Under the pieces are notes generated by a model. That model was not told the origin of the DNA and searched no databases. It was given only the letters and a program-made list of their open reading frames with translations. The position numbers and the translations under genes were made by a program. From Bryobacterales bacterium (GTDB taxonomy: Bacteria; Acidobacteriota; Terriglobia; Bryobacterales; UBA6623), in assembly GCA_963422375.2 (NCBI GenBank), contig OY729427.2:6430-70429 (forward strand): a stretch of 64,000 nucleotides of DNA, read 5' to 3'. Positions 1-8,437 of the stretch are shown here, piece by piece (position 1 is the first letter of the stretch; every line of letters begins with the position of its first letter).

Positions 1-2725
1 TCTGGATCGCCTGGCGGCGGCGGAAGCGCTCGTCGACCAGCCTCTCGCGCGCCTCCCGCTCGATCCGATCCCGATTCGCGGCCCGCAGCCCGGGCGCGTC
101 GCCGAGCTGCGTCCGGAGATTCTCCGCGGCGGCCGCGGCGGCAGCGGCGTTCTCGAAGAGCTGGTTCCGCCGCTCGTCGCCTGCGGCCGCCCGGGCCCGG
201 CGCCGGAACTCCTCGGCCGCCGCGAGCAGCGCGTGCCGCTTGGCGGCGAGGTCTCGCTTGAGGCCCTCGAAGGCCTCGTCGGAGGCCGCCCGGAAGCGCT
301 GCGACCCCTCGGACGCGTACTCTCCGAGGGCCAGCGCGAGCCGCTCCGGATCCGCGCCCCGCCGGATCGCCGCCTCGAACGCCGCGGCGTTGGCCTCGCT
401 CAGCGCGGCGATCCGGGCCTCGGCATCCTGCGCCGCGGCCGCGACCGAGTTCTCTTCGATCGTCCCGGCCAGGCGCTCCATGCCGGCCACTCTGTCCAGG
501 CGGGCCGCGAGCGGCCCGAGGTCTCGATTGCGGAGCTCCTCGATCCGGACCTCGACGCCCGCCAATTGCGCGTCGATCTCAGCGACCGCGTCGCCGTCGG
601 CGGCGCCGCCGAGGTCGATGTCCAGACCTACCCTTCGGGCCTCCAGCCCGCGCAGTTGGTCCTCGAACGATCTGCGGGCCGCGGCCTCTCCCTCGGATTC
701 CGCATCCCCGCCGGCCGCGCTCCTCGCGATCGTCGCGCGGGCGCTCTCCTCGCGACTCCGCAGTTCGCGGTCCTCGGCCGCGACCAGCTTGAGATGCTCC
801 CTCCGGCCATCGGCCCTGGCCGCGCTGGCCGTCTCGAGCGCCCGGACCTGGGCCTCGGCAGCCTCCGTCGCGCGCTCGTTGGCCGCGGCGTGCTCCTTGG
901 CCGCGTCGCGAGCCTGCTCCGCGGTCTCCAGGGCCTCGCGCTCCAGGGCCACGAGCGATTCCTTGCCCTCCTCGGCCTTGGCGATCGCCGCGATCTCGCG
1001 ATCGAGTTCCGCGATCTTCTCCCGCTCCGCCGCGAGCGCCCGCTGGTCGCCCGCCTCGGCCGCCGCCCGGAACTCGGCCGCCGCCCTCTCGCGCCTCCGC
1101 TCCAGCTGCGCCCGCTCGTCGAGCAGCCGGTTGACGACCGCGTGCCGCGCCTGCAGCTGCAGGAGATCCTCCCCGGTCTTGCCGACCAGTGCGAGCTCCT
1201 GCCTGGCAAGCCGGATTCTCCGCTCGGCGGCGTCCGCGTACCGCGCGAAGTAGTCCTCCGGGACGTGCGGGACGCGCGGCAGGATCTCATCGCCGCCGCC
1301 GCCGCGAGCGTTCCGGGTCTCCCCGTTCGCTGCGGCGAGCTCGGCTTGCAGCCGCTCGATTTCCTCTGCCGTCCGCGCGGCATCCGCCTCGAGGCCTGCG
1401 CGTATCCTGCCCTCCCGGCCCACGAAATACACGGTCCCTCGCGCTCCCGCTTTCATGGCCTCCATGAGCTCGTCGTGCTTCTGCAGCGAAGCCGCGATCT
1501 CGCGGGCGAGCTCGGCGGCGTGCTCGGCGGCCTTCTCGAGCTCTCTCTCGAGCCCGAGCTTCCGCGCCGAGGCGTCCATTCCCGCGAGCACGATCTCCGC
1601 CTCGCGGATCGACGCGACGAGCTCGTCGGTCTCGTTCCGGGAGTCCTTGGCGGACAGGAAGTAGTAGCCCAGCGCTCCGACGGCCGCGACGATCCAGCCC
1701 GCCGGCCCCCCGAACGCGGCGACGGCGATATTCAGGCCGCGCAACGCGGCGGCGAGGCCCGCGGAGGCCGCGATCGCCGCCCGGACGGTGCCGACCCACG
1801 CGCCGATCTTCATGGCGCCGAGAGCCAGGCCGAAGGCGATCGCGGCTTGCTTGGCGGCGTCCAGGTTCCGCGCGAGGTGCGCCACGGCCGCGATCGCGCG
1901 CCCGGCGAGGGTCGCCGCGAGCTCCCCGGCCCGCTCGTTGAGGGAGGCCAGGTCGACGGCCGCCGCGGCCACGGCCCGGGCCGCGCCCGCGCGCACGGCG
2001 TGGTCGAGGTCCGCGAAGCTCTGTCCGAGAGCCTTGAGCCGCGCCGCCTCCCGGGATTCGACGAAGCCCAGCCGCTCGAAGCCCTTCTCCAGCTCGAGCA
2101 GCCCCTCCCGGCCCCGCTGCAGGACGTTGACGAAGGCCACGCCCTCGCTGTCGAACAGCTTCTGGGCCAGGCGCACGCGCTCCTGCTGGTCGCCCGTGTT
2201 CTTGAAGCCCTCCGCGACGTCGAGCAGCACGTCGTGGGAATCGCGCAGCCGGCCGTTCGCGTCCCGCAGCGGCGCTTCCAGGGCCCGGAAGGCCTCCTGC
2301 AGCTGGCCCTGCCCGTTCGCCGCGTCCGCCAGCCGCCGCGTGAAGCGCTGCAGGCCGGTGTTGACGGCCTGCACGGACACGCCCTCGCTCTCGAAGGCGC
2401 GCTGCAGGGCCTGCAGGTCGCGGACCGTCAGCCCCAGGCGCTGGCTCGTCTCGACCAGCGTCGAGCCGAGCTCGGCCGAGCGCCGGATCATCAGTCCCAG
2501 CCCGGCGGCTCCGGAAACCACGCCGACCGCGGCCTGCACCGAGATCACCTTCCGGCGGAACGACTGCATCTGCCGCGCCGCGCGCTGCACCGTCCGGCGC
2601 AGGCCGCGCATGGCCCGTTCCTGGCGCCGGATGTCGTTGCCCATCCGGCGCATCGACCCCGAGAACTGGGCGACGTCGGCGCGGATGCTCAGCAGGACGC
2701 CGCCCGCGCGGATCGCTTCAGCCAT
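1..2725 (-). CDS. Phage tail tape measure protein, N-terminal ~908 codons; 3' end lies beyond the left window edge
   Basis: Absent from the ORF track because it has no stop inside the window. My translation of the minus strand from ATG 2725..2723 gives MAEAIRAGGVLLSIRADVAQFSGSMRRMGNDIRRQ... and stays open to nt 2 (...RLVDERFRRRQAIQ). The sequence is A/E/R-rich coiled coil with a central hydrophobic block (AFGLALGAMKIGAWVGTV...GWIVAAVGALGYYFLS). It lies directly after the G/GT chaperones, and its ATG overlaps the upstream stop (ATGGCTGA). Confidence 0.85.
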   Translation of the reverse strand, partial: MAEAIRAGGVLLSIRADVAQFSGSMRRMGNDIRRQERAMRGLRRTVQRAARQMQSFRRKVISVQAAVGVVSGAAGLGLMIRRSAELGSTLVETSQRLGLTVRDLQALQRAFESEGVSVQAVNTGLQRFTRRLADAANGQGQLQEAFRALEAPLRDANGRLRDSHDVLLDVAEGFKNTGDQQERVRLAQKLFDSEGVAFVNVLQRGREGLLELEKGFERLGFVESREAARLKALGQSFADLDHAVRAGAARAVAAAAVDLASLNERAGELAATLAGRAIAAVAHLARNLDAAKQAAIAFGLALGAMKIGAWVGTVRAAIAASAGLAAALRGLNIAVAAFGGPAGWIVAAVGALGYYFLSAKDSRNETDELVASIREAEIVLAGMDASARKLGLERELEKAAEHAAELAREIAASLQKHDELMEAMKAGARGTVYFVGREGRIRAGLEADAARTAEEIERLQAELAAANGETRNARGGGGDEILPRVPHVPEDYFARYADAAERRIRLARQELALVGKTGEDLLQLQARHAVVNRLLDERAQLERRRERAAAEFRAAAEAGDQRALAAEREKIAELDREIAAIAKAEEGKESLVALEREALETAEQARDAAKEHAAANERATEAAEAQVRALETASAARADGRREHLKLVAAEDRELRSREESARATIARSAAGGDAESEGEAAARRSFEDQLRGLEARRVGLDIDLGGAADGDAVAEIDAQLAGVEVRIEELRNRDLGPLAARLDRVAGMERLAGTIEENSVAAAAQDAEARIAALSEANAAAFEAAIRRGADPERLALALGEYASEGSQRFRAASDEAFEGLKRDLAAKRHALLAAAEEFRRRARAAAGDERRNQLFENAAAAAAAAENLRTQLGDAPGLRAANRDRIEREARERLVDERFRRRQAIQ

Positions 2726-3122
2726 GCCTGCCGCTCTTGCCGTTCCCGCCGCTCCTGCGGTACGCTTCCCCGACTCGCGCGGCCGCCGCGGCCTGCCGCG
2801 CGCGGCGCCGCGCGCTCTCGCTCGTCAGCCAGGGCGCGTAGTCGTCCGGACGCAACGGGCGGTCCACCTTGAATCCCGCGTTACTCACCAGGGCGGCCAG
2901 GGTCGCCAGCAGGCGCGGCGCGACCGCCTCCAGGGGCGGCCAGCGCCGGAAGTGGCGTTCCCAGGCCCGGTATTCCGAGTACGGCATGGCCAGGGCCTCG
3001 CGCAGCGGCAGCCCCACGGCCCGGGCTACGAAAAAGGGGTCGGGTCGGAGCCCTCGCCCTCCGCGTCCGGGCCCGGCTCCGAGGGCTCCGGCTCCGCGGG
3101 CAGCAGCGCGGCCAGTCCGCAC
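2718..3122 (-). CDS. gpT-like extension of the tail assembly chaperone, reached by -1 frameshift (no independent start expected)
   Basis: This ORF is in the -1 frame relative to 3026..3451 and overlaps it by 97 nt. It stays open from the slippery site to TGA 2720..2718, which overlaps the tape-measure ATG. This is the classic G/GT layout of long-tailed phages. Confidence 0.6.
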   Translation of the reverse strand: MRTGRAAARGAGALGAGPGRGGRGLRPDPFFVARAVGLPLREALAMPYSEYRAWERHFRRWPPLEAVAPRLLATLAALVSNAGFKVDRPLRPDDYAPWLTSESARRRARQAAAAARVGEAYRRSGGNGKSGRHG

Positions 3123-3451
3123 AGCTTCAGCGACTCCCGGGCCAGCCGCCCGGACTCGCCGCCGCAGCGGATCACCAGGCGCCTGCCCTCCTCCTCGTCC
3201 AGGTCCAGCCCCAGGCAGGCCCGGGCGGCCTCGGCGGACGCGTCCAGCAGGTACCCGCCGCCCGGGTCCCCCGCGCGCGCGCGCTCGAACAGGCTCTCGC
3301 GCAGCGCGAGAGCCGCCGACGCGGCCGGCTGGCGCAATTCCAGCGCGAGCCCCTCGGCCTCGACCTCGACCGGCGCCCCCAGCAGGGCCCGGATGCCGGC
3401 GGCGTCGGCCGGCCTTCTCGCCGCGGCCCGCGCCGTCACGCGATCACCCAC
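3026..3451 (-). CDS. Phage tail assembly chaperone (gpG-like)
   Basis: A 141-aa acidic ORF between the major tail gene and the tape measure gene. It ends ...GEGSDPTPFS* on a CCCTTTT heptamer, and its start overlaps the end of the major tail ORF. Confidence 0.7.
   Translation of the reverse strand: MGDRVTARAAARRPADAAGIRALLGAPVEVEAEGLALELRQPAASAALALRESLFERARAGDPGGGYLLDASAEAARACLGLDLDEEEGRRLVIRCGGESGRLARESLKLCGLAALLPAEPEPSEPGPDAEGEGSDPTPFS
3032..3038 (-). promoter_or_regulatory. Candidate -1 programmed ribosomal frameshift heptamer C_CCT_TTT
   Basis: The minus strand reads ACC CCT TTT TCG TAG, which fits X_XXY_YYZ. Re-pairing as CCC TTT enters the frame ...DPFFVARAVGLPLREALAMPYSEY... of ORF 2718..3122. 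Confidence 0.6.
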
Positions 3452-4089
3452 TCGGGCAGCGGCGCCCGCGGCGACAGGGACAGCGTGGTCGTGAGGTCGC
3501 CCTCGGACTCCAGGCTGACGTTGCCCGCCGACCGCACCGTGGCGGGGAACGGCCCCCGCCGCAGGGACGGCAGGAGGATCTTGTAGTCCTTGGCCGCGCC
3601 GACGGCGTCGGTCCCCTCGACCGCGGCCGCGCCGTCGGCGGAGATCGACCGGATGACCCGCTTGGCGCTGCCGATCTGCAGTACCATCCCCTCGCCGAAC
3701 CGCGGCTCGGACAGGTCGGGCTTCTCGTCGCCGACCAAGGTCACCGCCCCGCTTTTGGCGGCGATCGCCGCCGTGTGCCCGTCCTTGTCGATCTCGTAGA
3801 CCGTCTCCCCCCGGGTCTCGAGCTGGAAGCGCAGCGCCGTGCCGTCGAGCATGGCCTTGCGCAGGCCCTTCCAGACCGGGTGCGCCGGCTGGTAGACGGC
3901 CTGCACCTCGACCGTCGGCACCCGCGCCAGGCCGGTGCGCTTGGCCACGGTCCCGAAGGACACGATCTCCCTGTCGGGGGCCTCGCCCCCGCTCTCGCTG
4001 TAGCCCGTCACGCCGGGCACCTCGGCGAATTTCCCGCCCAGCTCGACCTCGAGCTTGGCGAACTCGCTGCCGTGTACCGTGAGTCCCAT
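3436..4089 (-). CDS. Phage major tail protein (positional call)
   Basis: A 217-aa ORF with normal composition (MGLTVHGSEFAKLEVELGGKF...). It lies immediately upstream of the G/GT chaperones and downstream of the neck genes. Confidence 0.65.
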   Translation of the reverse strand: MGLTVHGSEFAKLEVELGGKFAEVPGVTGYSESGGEAPDREIVSFGTVAKRTGLARVPTVEVQAVYQPAHPVWKGLRKAMLDGTALRFQLETRGETVYEIDKDGHTAAIAAKSGAVTLVGDEKPDLSEPRFGEGMVLQIGSAKRVIRSISADGAAAVEGTDAVGAAKDYKILLPSLRRGPFPATVRSAGNVSLESEGDLTTTLSLSPRAPLPEWVIA

Positions 4090-4119
4090 GGGTGTAACCT
4101 TTCGTCTCCGTCCCTCTCC

Positions 4120-4605
4120 CTAGGCGGCCAGGGCCCGGCGCGTCTTCGCGCCGGCCTTGCGCTCGCCCTTCATCTCTCGCTCCACCCGCCGGAAGTTCTC
4201 GCGCAAGCCGGCGGCGAACGCCCGGAGCGGGGCGTCGCCCGCCGCTCGCGCGGCCGGCGCCAGGAACGGCCGGGCCGGCATGCGGCCCGCGCTCCGGCCG
4301 GTCTTGCGGACGACGCGCGGCCCCGTGCCGAACTCCACCAGGTGCCCGTGCGCCCCCGCGGGCCCCCGGGTGAGCACCAGGGCCGACGGCCTGTACCTGC
4401 GCCTGCCGCGCCTGGCCGCGAGCGACAGGCGCAGGCCGCCGGTACGGTCCTCGAAGGCGTCCGAGCGCCGCGCGGCGCGCCGGATCTCCTCCGCCGCCGC
4501 GGCCAGGCCGTCCCCGATCGCGACCTCGGCCAGGACGCCGGGCAGCGACTCGAGCTCCCGGATCATGGCCGCGGCGCCCGACAGGTCCACGTCGGCGGCC
4601 GTCAC
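4120..4605 (-). CDS. HK97 gp10-family neck/tail-completion protein
   Basis: The motif ...GAHGHLVEFGTGPRVVRKTGRSAGRMPARPFLAPAA... is typical of HK97 gp10-like proteins. The track ORF 4120..4908 has an R/G-rich spurious N-terminus, so I start the gene at GTG 4605, which overlaps the upstream TGA (GTGA). Confidence 0.7.
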   Translation of the reverse strand: MTAADVDLSGAAAMIRELESLPGVLAEVAIGDGLAAAAEEIRRAARRSDAFEDRTGGLRLSLAARRGRRRYRPSALVLTRGPAGAHGHLVEFGTGPRVVRKTGRSAGRMPARPFLAPAARAAGDAPLRAFAAGLRENFRRVEREMKGERKAGAKTRRALAA

Positions 4606-4973
4606 AGGGCGATCTCCGCCGTCACCGACCGCTGGTAGAGTTCCAGGTCCGGGTCGTACCCGTCGACCGGGCCCGCGCAGGCGATCATGCGGCCGCCCTG
4701 CCGCAGCCGGCCGACGAAGCGGTCGGCCGCGTCCCGGGCGTCCTTCCAGCGCGCGGCCAGCGCCGTCACGCGGATCGACCGCGTCAGCCGCGCCCCGGCC
4801 CGGAAGGCCGGCGAGGGCGAGAGCGTCCCGCCCGTCGCCGCGTACACGCACGCCGCGACCGCCGGATCCGGGATCCCGGCGGACTCCGGCACGACGACCG
4901 GGTAGCATCCCAGGCCCGCCTCCCGCGCCATGCGCACCACGTGCTCCTCGGGCGGCTCGCCCGCGCGGCTCAT
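4602..4973 (-). CDS. Phage head-tail joining (neck) protein, DUF3168-like?
   Basis: A 123-aa ORF lying between the head-closure gene and the gp10-like gene. It is translationally coupled at both ends. Confidence 0.5.
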   Translation of the reverse strand: MSRAGEPPEEHVVRMAREAGLGCYPVVVPESAGIPDPAVAACVYAATGGTLSPSPAFRAGARLTRSIRVTALAARWKDARDAADRFVGRLRQGGRMIACAGPVDGYDPDLELYQRSVTAEIAL

Positions 4974-5293
4974 CTCCCCGCCCTCGCGGCCAGGATCTCC
5001 AGGTAGCGGCGGCGGCCGATCTCGGCCAGCCCCTCGATGGCGTGCTCGGCGCCGCGCTCGTCGCGCAGCCGCCAGTGGGGCCGCACCCCGTCCCGCCAGC
5101 GGATCACGAAGCGGGCGCGCTCCTCGCCGAACTCCACCCCGTCCCGCAGCCTCTCGCGCCCGCCGAGGTCCCGCCGGGCCGCCCAGCAGGGATGCTCGGC
5201 GGGCTCGCCCGCGACTGTCTCGCCGGTGGCGGGATCCCGCTCCGGGCGCGGCTCCAGCAGGACGACGCGCCGGTCCAGGCGGTACGGCTTCAT
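4970..5293 (-). CDS. Phage head closure / head-tail adaptor protein (Phage_H_T_join-like)
   Basis: MKPYRLDRRVVLLEPRPERDPATGETV...ARFVIRWRDGVRPHWRL... resembles HK97 gp9-type head-tail adaptors. I use the internal ATG 5293, which overlaps the upstream stop (ATGA); the longer track ORF has a junk N-terminus. Confidence 0.65.
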   Translation of the reverse strand: MKPYRLDRRVVLLEPRPERDPATGETVAGEPAEHPCWAARRDLGGRERLRDGVEFGEERARFVIRWRDGVRPHWRLRDERGAEHAIEGLAEIGRRRYLEILAARAGR

Positions 5294-5571
5294 CGCTCCC
5301 GGCGCTCCCGGGCCGCCCCCAGCTCCTCGATCGCCCGCAGGATCTCGGCGTGCTCCCGGCGGCGCATGCCGGTCAGCGAGACCAGCTGGTCGCAGGCCTC
5401 GCCGACCTTGGCGTGCGTCTCCGCCAGATCCCCGCAGGACCGGGACACCATCGCGTGCATCTCCGCGATCTGGCTCATCGAGCGCGTGGCGCGCTGCACG
5501 AAGAAGGCCGCGGCCACGATCAATATGACCAGGCTGACGCCGCTGTCCACGACCTGCACCCACTCGCCCAT
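5290..5571 (-). CDS. Small membrane protein (1 TM + helical tail), phage cassette
   Basis: 93 aa with TM segment VSLVILIVAAAFFV. It is coupled to both neighbouring genes. Confidence 0.5.
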   Translation of the reverse strand: MGEWVQVVDSGVSLVILIVAAAFFVQRATRSMSQIAEMHAMVSRSCGDLAETHAKVGEACDQLVSLTGMRRREHAEILRAIEELGAARERRER

Positions 5572-5574
5572 TCC

Positions 5575-6225
5575 TTACCTCCCGAACAGGACCGTCAGGC
5601 CCATCGACGCCCCCGGCGACCAGCCGGGACCGAATCCCTTGACCGCGCCGGCCGTCGCGCCGACGCCCCAGCGCAGCTTCCAGCGCTGCCTCCCCTCGAG
5701 CGTCCCGGCGCGGGCCTCGGCCAGCTCCCGGGCCGCCCGCTCGCGCTGCGCCAGCTCCTCGAAGCGGTCGGCCAGCTCCCGCACGGAAACGGTCTCCCGG
5801 CGCGCCGCCGCCAGGGCGTCCCGCAAGGCGGCCACCTGCCGGAACAGCGCCTCGATCTCCTCGCCGCTGACCCGCAGGGCCTCCGGCAGATCCGCGCGGA
5901 GCAGCTCCAAGCGCTTCCGGTCGAGCGCGGCTACGGGCAGTGTCTCCCGCTCGGCCGCGGCGACCGCGGCGACCGTTTCCGAGCCCCTCCGCTCGGCCTC
6001 GGCGCGGGCGGCCTCGGCCGCCTCGCGAGCCTCCCTCACGGCCGCGGCCCGCAAGCCCATCTCCGCCGCGTAGGCTCGCGCCTCGGCCTCGATCCGCGCC
6101 CGGCCGGCCCGCTCCCAGATGGCGAGCGCCTGCGCGGGCAGGCCCGGGGACGGCAGCAGGGCCGCCAGGCCGAAGCCCAGCCCGACGCCGGCGGCCAGCG
6201 CCCCCGCCAGGGCCCAGGCGCTCAC
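5575..6225 (-). CDS. Membrane-anchored coiled-coil protein (spanin-like?)
   Basis: 216 aa. It has an N-terminal hydrophobic segment (WALAGALAAGVGLGFGLAALL), a long A/E/R coiled coil and a Gly-rich hydrophobic C-terminus. The GTG start overlaps the upstream TGA. Confidence 0.5.
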   Translation of the reverse strand: MSAWALAGALAAGVGLGFGLAALLPSPGLPAQALAIWERAGRARIEAEARAYAAEMGLRAAAVREAREAAEAARAEAERRGSETVAAVAAAERETLPVAALDRKRLELLRADLPEALRVSGEEIEALFRQVAALRDALAAARRETVSVRELADRFEELAQRERAARELAEARAGTLEGRQRWKLRWGVGATAGAVKGFGPGWSPGASMGLTVLFGR

Positions 6226-6443
6226 GCGCCCCCCTTGCGGCGGTTCCGGGCCTCCCAGGCCTCCGCCAGCCGCTCGAGAGGCCCGCAGAGCGCCGACCAG
6301 GCCCCGGACTGCAGCGTGGCCGCCAGCCCGCCGACCGCCAGCAGCAGGCCGCAGGCGATCTCCAGCCAGCGCGCGTTCGCGAGCAATACGAGCCCCGCGA
6401 ACAGCGCCGCGACAGGCACGGGGCGCGGCCGGAACGCCGTCAC
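6222..6443 (-). CDS. Small 2-TM membrane protein
   Basis: Translation is VTAFRPRPVPVAALFAGLVLLANARWLEIACGLLLAVGGLAATL... The start is GTG 6443, in a GTGA overlap with the upstream stop. The longer track ORF 6222..6749 has an R/G-rich N-terminus. Confidence 0.45.
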   Translation of the reverse strand: MTAFRPRPVPVAALFAGLVLLANARWLEIACGLLLAVGGLAATLQSGAWSALCGPLERLAEAWEARNRRKGGA

Positions 6444-6763
6444 GACCGCTCCTCGGGCGGCGCGAACACGGGGTGCAAGCGCTCGAACTCCCGCCCGGTG
6501 AACGTCATCACCGCGCCCCGGGCGTCCCGCACGGCCATGCGCCCGACCCCGAACTCGACGATCCGGCAGTCCCGCAGGGCGGTGTGCGGCAGGCCCTCTA
6601 TCTCCAGCCGCTCGATGGCCGCTCCGACGCGCACCAGGGGGTCGGACGCCAGCCGGCGGTAAGCCCGCCGCCGCCGCCCGCCCTCGACGAAGGCCGCCGC
6701 CCCGAACGCCGCCAGCGGCGACAGGAACGCCAGCGCCAGGGCCGTGCACAACGCTTCGATCAT
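6440..6763 (-). CDS. N-terminally anchored protein of unknown function
   Basis: It begins MIEALCTALALAFLSPLAAFGAAAF (TM) and continues as a soluble domain. ATG 6763 lies 2 nt after the upstream stop. Confidence 0.5.
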   Translation of the reverse strand: MIEALCTALALAFLSPLAAFGAAAFVEGGRRRRAYRRLASDPLVRVGAAIERLEIEGLPHTALRDCRIVEFGVGRMAVRDARGAVMTFTGREFERLHPVFAPPEERS

Positions 6764-6765
6764 GG

Positions 6766-6981
6766 TCACTCGCAGTCCCCCCGGGCGCACTGCCAGGCCA
6801 AATGCAGCGCCAGCGCGCCGCACGACACGAACACCACCGCCGGCCCGATTTGGAACGCCAGCAAGGCCATCCGCTCTATCCGCTGCCCCAGCTCGTGCAC
6901 GTTCATCGCCCACAGGAACGCGAGCACGATCGAGGCGCAGCCCAGGGCCGCGAGCCCCAGCGTCTTCATCGGATTCTTCAT
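6766..6981 (-). CDS. Small membrane protein (signal/lipobox-like N-terminus, second TM)
   Basis: 71 aa: MKNPMKTLGLAALGCASIVLAFLW... followed by PAVVFVSCGALALHL. Confidence 0.5.
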   Translation of the reverse strand: MKNPMKTLGLAALGCASIVLAFLWAMNVHELGQRIERMALLAFQIGPAVVFVSCGALALHLAWQCARGDCE

Positions 6982-7000
6982 CGGATTCCCTTCCGGCCCG

Positions 7001-7540
7001 CTAGCGGCAGCCGCCCTCCCGGTACAGGGGCACGAGGCCCCCGACTTTCGCCGGGTAGGCGCGGTTCTCCGCGCAGGCCCAGGCGGCCCGGATGCAGTGC
7101 CGCTCGACGTGGCCCGTCCAGCGCCGCGGGTCGCAGCCCGGCTCGCGCCGGCAGCGCGACTTCTCGCGCCCGATCCAGCCCGGGCCGCCGTTGTAGGCCG
7201 CCCACGCGAACTCCCACCGGTCGCGGTCGAAGCGGTAGCGCGCCAGCAGCCGCCGCATGTAGACGATCTGGGCCCGGATCGCGCAGCCCGGGTCGGTCGG
7301 GTCCGCCCCGTCGCAGGGCGGGACCGTCAGCGGCGCGATGTCGCTCCACGTCGGCGGGGTGAACTGGGCCAGCCCGCTGGCGTAGCGCGAGCGCGCCCGC
7401 GGGCGCCACGACGACTCGCGGTGGATCTGCGCGGCCAGCTCGGCCCGCATCGCCGCCGCCCCGGCGCGGCCGAGCTCGGCCTCGAAGACCGGGGCCAGCT
7501 CGCACGGCACCGCCAGCAGGGCCGCGGCCAGCAGGAGCAT
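7001..7540 (-). CDS. Lytic transglycosylase (SLT domain), probable endolysin with N-terminal signal/SAR-like segment
   Basis: SLT motifs are present: ...QIHRESSW..., SGLAQFTPPTW, AWAAYNGGPGW. It starts at MLLLAAALLAVPC (ATG 7540), overlapping the upstream stop as TGATG. Confidence 0.8.
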   Translation of the reverse strand: MLLLAAALLAVPCELAPVFEAELGRAGAAAMRAELAAQIHRESSWRPRARSRYASGLAQFTPPTWSDIAPLTVPPCDGADPTDPGCAIRAQIVYMRRLLARYRFDRDRWEFAWAAYNGGPGWIGREKSRCRREPGCDPRRWTGHVERHCIRAAWACAENRAYPAKVGGLVPLYREGGCR

Positions 7541-7890
7541 CAGTACGCCCCGCCCCAGCCGAAGGCCAGCAGCGTCGCCCCGTACAGCAGGCACCAGCCC
7601 ACGATGTAGGCCGCCCGGGGCACGTCCTCCCCGTGCGGGCTGAACGGCGGCTCGCCGTGGATCACCCTCAAGATGTCGAACTCGGGGAAGAGCGCCCTCT
7701 TCATCCCGAGAAAGAACAGCGTGGCCCCGGCGCAGGTGAACGTCTTGCCCAGCCACGCCGCCAGGGCCCGCTCCAGCTCGCCGGGCCGCGGCCCGGCCAG
7801 CGCGTCCACCGCGCCCATGCCCGCCAGGGCCGTCGCGGCGAGCGCGAGGAAAATCAGCGCGTCTCTCACGGTTCCTCCTTCACGCGGCAA
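7540..7890 (-). CDS. 3-TM holin-like membrane protein
   Basis: 116 aa with three hydrophobic segments (ALIFLALAATALAGMGAV, TFTCAGATLFFLGM, AAYIVGWCLLYGATLLAFGW). It lies directly upstream of the SLT gene and is coupled to it. Confidence 0.55.
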   Translation of the reverse strand: MPREGGTVRDALIFLALAATALAGMGAVDALAGPRPGELERALAAWLGKTFTCAGATLFFLGMKRALFPEFDILRVIHGEPPFSPHGEDVPRAAYIVGWCLLYGATLLAFGWGGAY

Positions 7891-8437
7891 TCCGGCGGTA
7901 GGGGGCCAGCAGCGACCGCGCCGCGGCCGGCAGCCCGGGCCCCTCCCCGTCGGGATGCTCGTACAGGCTCCCCGCGATCAGCAGGACCGCCTGCAGCACG
8001 GGCGCGGGCACGTCCGCGGCCCGCGCGTAGCCCCCCCGGTAGGTCACCGCCACCGACCCCGGGGCGGGGGCCGCGGCCGGCCAGGCGCCGCCGGCCGGGG
8101 CGATCCGGCCGCGCGCCGCGTCCAGGCGGTACCCGTCCGCCGGCAGCTCGCGCTGGGCCCCGTCGGGGCCCAGGTACAGGACCGACTCCACCTCCGGCAC
8201 GGGCGGCCGCGGCAGTTGCGCGGGCCGCCCTCCCGGCGGGAAGCCGTCCAGCGTCAGCCGCATCCGCCGCGCCGACAGGCCCAGCCGGGCGAAGGACTCG
8301 GCCCGGGCCGCGGCGGCCGCGGCGATCAGCCGGACCGCCTCGTCCTCGCCCTCCCCCTCGATCCGCAGGTGGGCCTTGACCGCGTCGAGGCCCAGCGGCG
8401 GGCCGCCGGGATCGTCCAGCGCTTCCAGCGTCCGCAC
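7880..8437 (-). CDS. Phage gp6-like head-tail connector protein
   Basis: ...LGLDAVKAHLRIEGEGEDEAVRLIAAA... is the typical N-terminus of gp6-like/DNA-packaging connector proteins. It lies downstream of the capsid gene. Confidence 0.7.
   Translation of the reverse strand: MRTLEALDDPGGPPLGLDAVKAHLRIEGEGEDEAVRLIAAAAAARAESFARLGLSARRMRLTLDGFPPGGRPAQLPRPPVPEVESVLYLGPDGAQRELPADGYRLDAARGRIAPAGGAWPAAAPAPGSVAVTYRGGYARAADVPAPVLQAVLLIAGSLYEHPDGEGPGLPAAARSLLAPYRRIAA

Noticed and set aside
233-2872. 879-aa plus-strand ORF (and 240..1253, 1788..3494, 2869..4638) covering the tail-gene region
   Set aside because: They have extreme R/A/P/G/L low-complexity composition and no recognisable motif. They are antisense or out of frame relative to a coherent minus-strand phage operon, so they are typical shadow ORFs of 70% GC DNA.
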